A DNA stretch of 64,000 bases from Callorhinchus milii (Eukaryota), in contig NW_024704743.1 in the NCBI RefSeq assembly GCF_018977255.1, forward strand, positions 44,270,001 through 44,334,000, given 5' to 3'. The notes below the pieces were generated by a model. The model was not told the origin of the DNA. It searched no databases and saw only the letters and a program-made list of their open reading frames with translations. The position numbers were made by a program, and so were the translations under genes. Shown in pieces: positions 63,445 to 64,000 of this stretch (the first letter of the stretch is position 1; each line of letters begins with the position of its first letter).

Positions 63445-64000
63445 AAGCAACCTGATTAAAGAATGGCTTTTGTAAAACTCTTGAAAGCCTTTTACCTGTC
63501 CACACTCTCCATCACACAATGATATTGGGGGGCCTTGAAGAAAGCACAGACTGCAATTAATTCTGAAAGCAGAGAAAGTAACTTTCATCCAGTTCCTTTG
63601 ATAGGCTTGGCTCTGTTGCCATCATTTTGTGCATTACACCTTATTGCATTTCAAGGAACATTGATACAGTACATGAGGTTTGGTGGATCAAATGTTTTGT
63701 TTTTACTGAAGAAACTTACAACAAATAAACATCTTCTAGGATATCTTGGAAAATTCAGAAAATGTTCTTCCAATCGAACAGGTTTTTAGATTTTAAAAAA
63801 GATCATCCTTTCACATCAAAAGGACATCTCAGATCACTTTACCGGATATACTGTTGCAATTTAATGCAGTATGACCATTTAATCTCTATTTTAGCACTGG
63901 TCATTGTGCTCACTGCTGTCTGGTGATTTAGAATCTGATATTCTCATTGTTAATCCGTGCCTTCAGCCACTGCACCTCAAAACGTTGGAACTCTCCTCCC

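Noticed and set aside
1..64000. CRISPR array, prokaryotic operon or known miRNA cluster
   Set aside because: No regularly spaced repeat-spacer array and no gene-dense architecture; no conserved vertebrate miRNA recognised by eye (not an exhaustive search).

Overview
This is an AT-rich vertebrate intronic or intergenic window. Its repeat content (L2 and CR1 LINEs, tRNA/Deu-type SINEs, a Penelope-like terminal fragment) suggests a cartilaginous fish, possibly a chimaera; this is inference only. I found no host protein-coding exon, rRNA, true tRNA or recognisable miRNA, and every recognisable ORF is retrotransposon-derived. Main contents: (1) a near-full-length ~3.45 kb single-ORF L2 LINE (APE endonuclease + RT) at ~31.1-34.6 kb, broken only by 1-2 nt indels and nested three layers deep; (2) a near-identical inverted 3' copy of it at 14.2-15.2 kb; (3) about ten other L2 fragments; (4) about a dozen CR1 fragments, the best at 56.3-57.5 kb; (5) at least 15 copies of a tRNA-Ala-headed SINE whose L2-type 3' hairpin covaries with that of the LINEs; (6) older Deu-domain SINEs; (7) a hAT non-autonomous DNA transposon with TIRs and an 8-bp TSD; (8) an unclassified A-tailed dispersed repeat present in about 7 copies; (9) a strong CTCF-like motif inside an old SINE. 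I see no convincing novel gene system; the interest lies in transposon biology. Boundaries were read by eye and are approximate, especially for old repeats.
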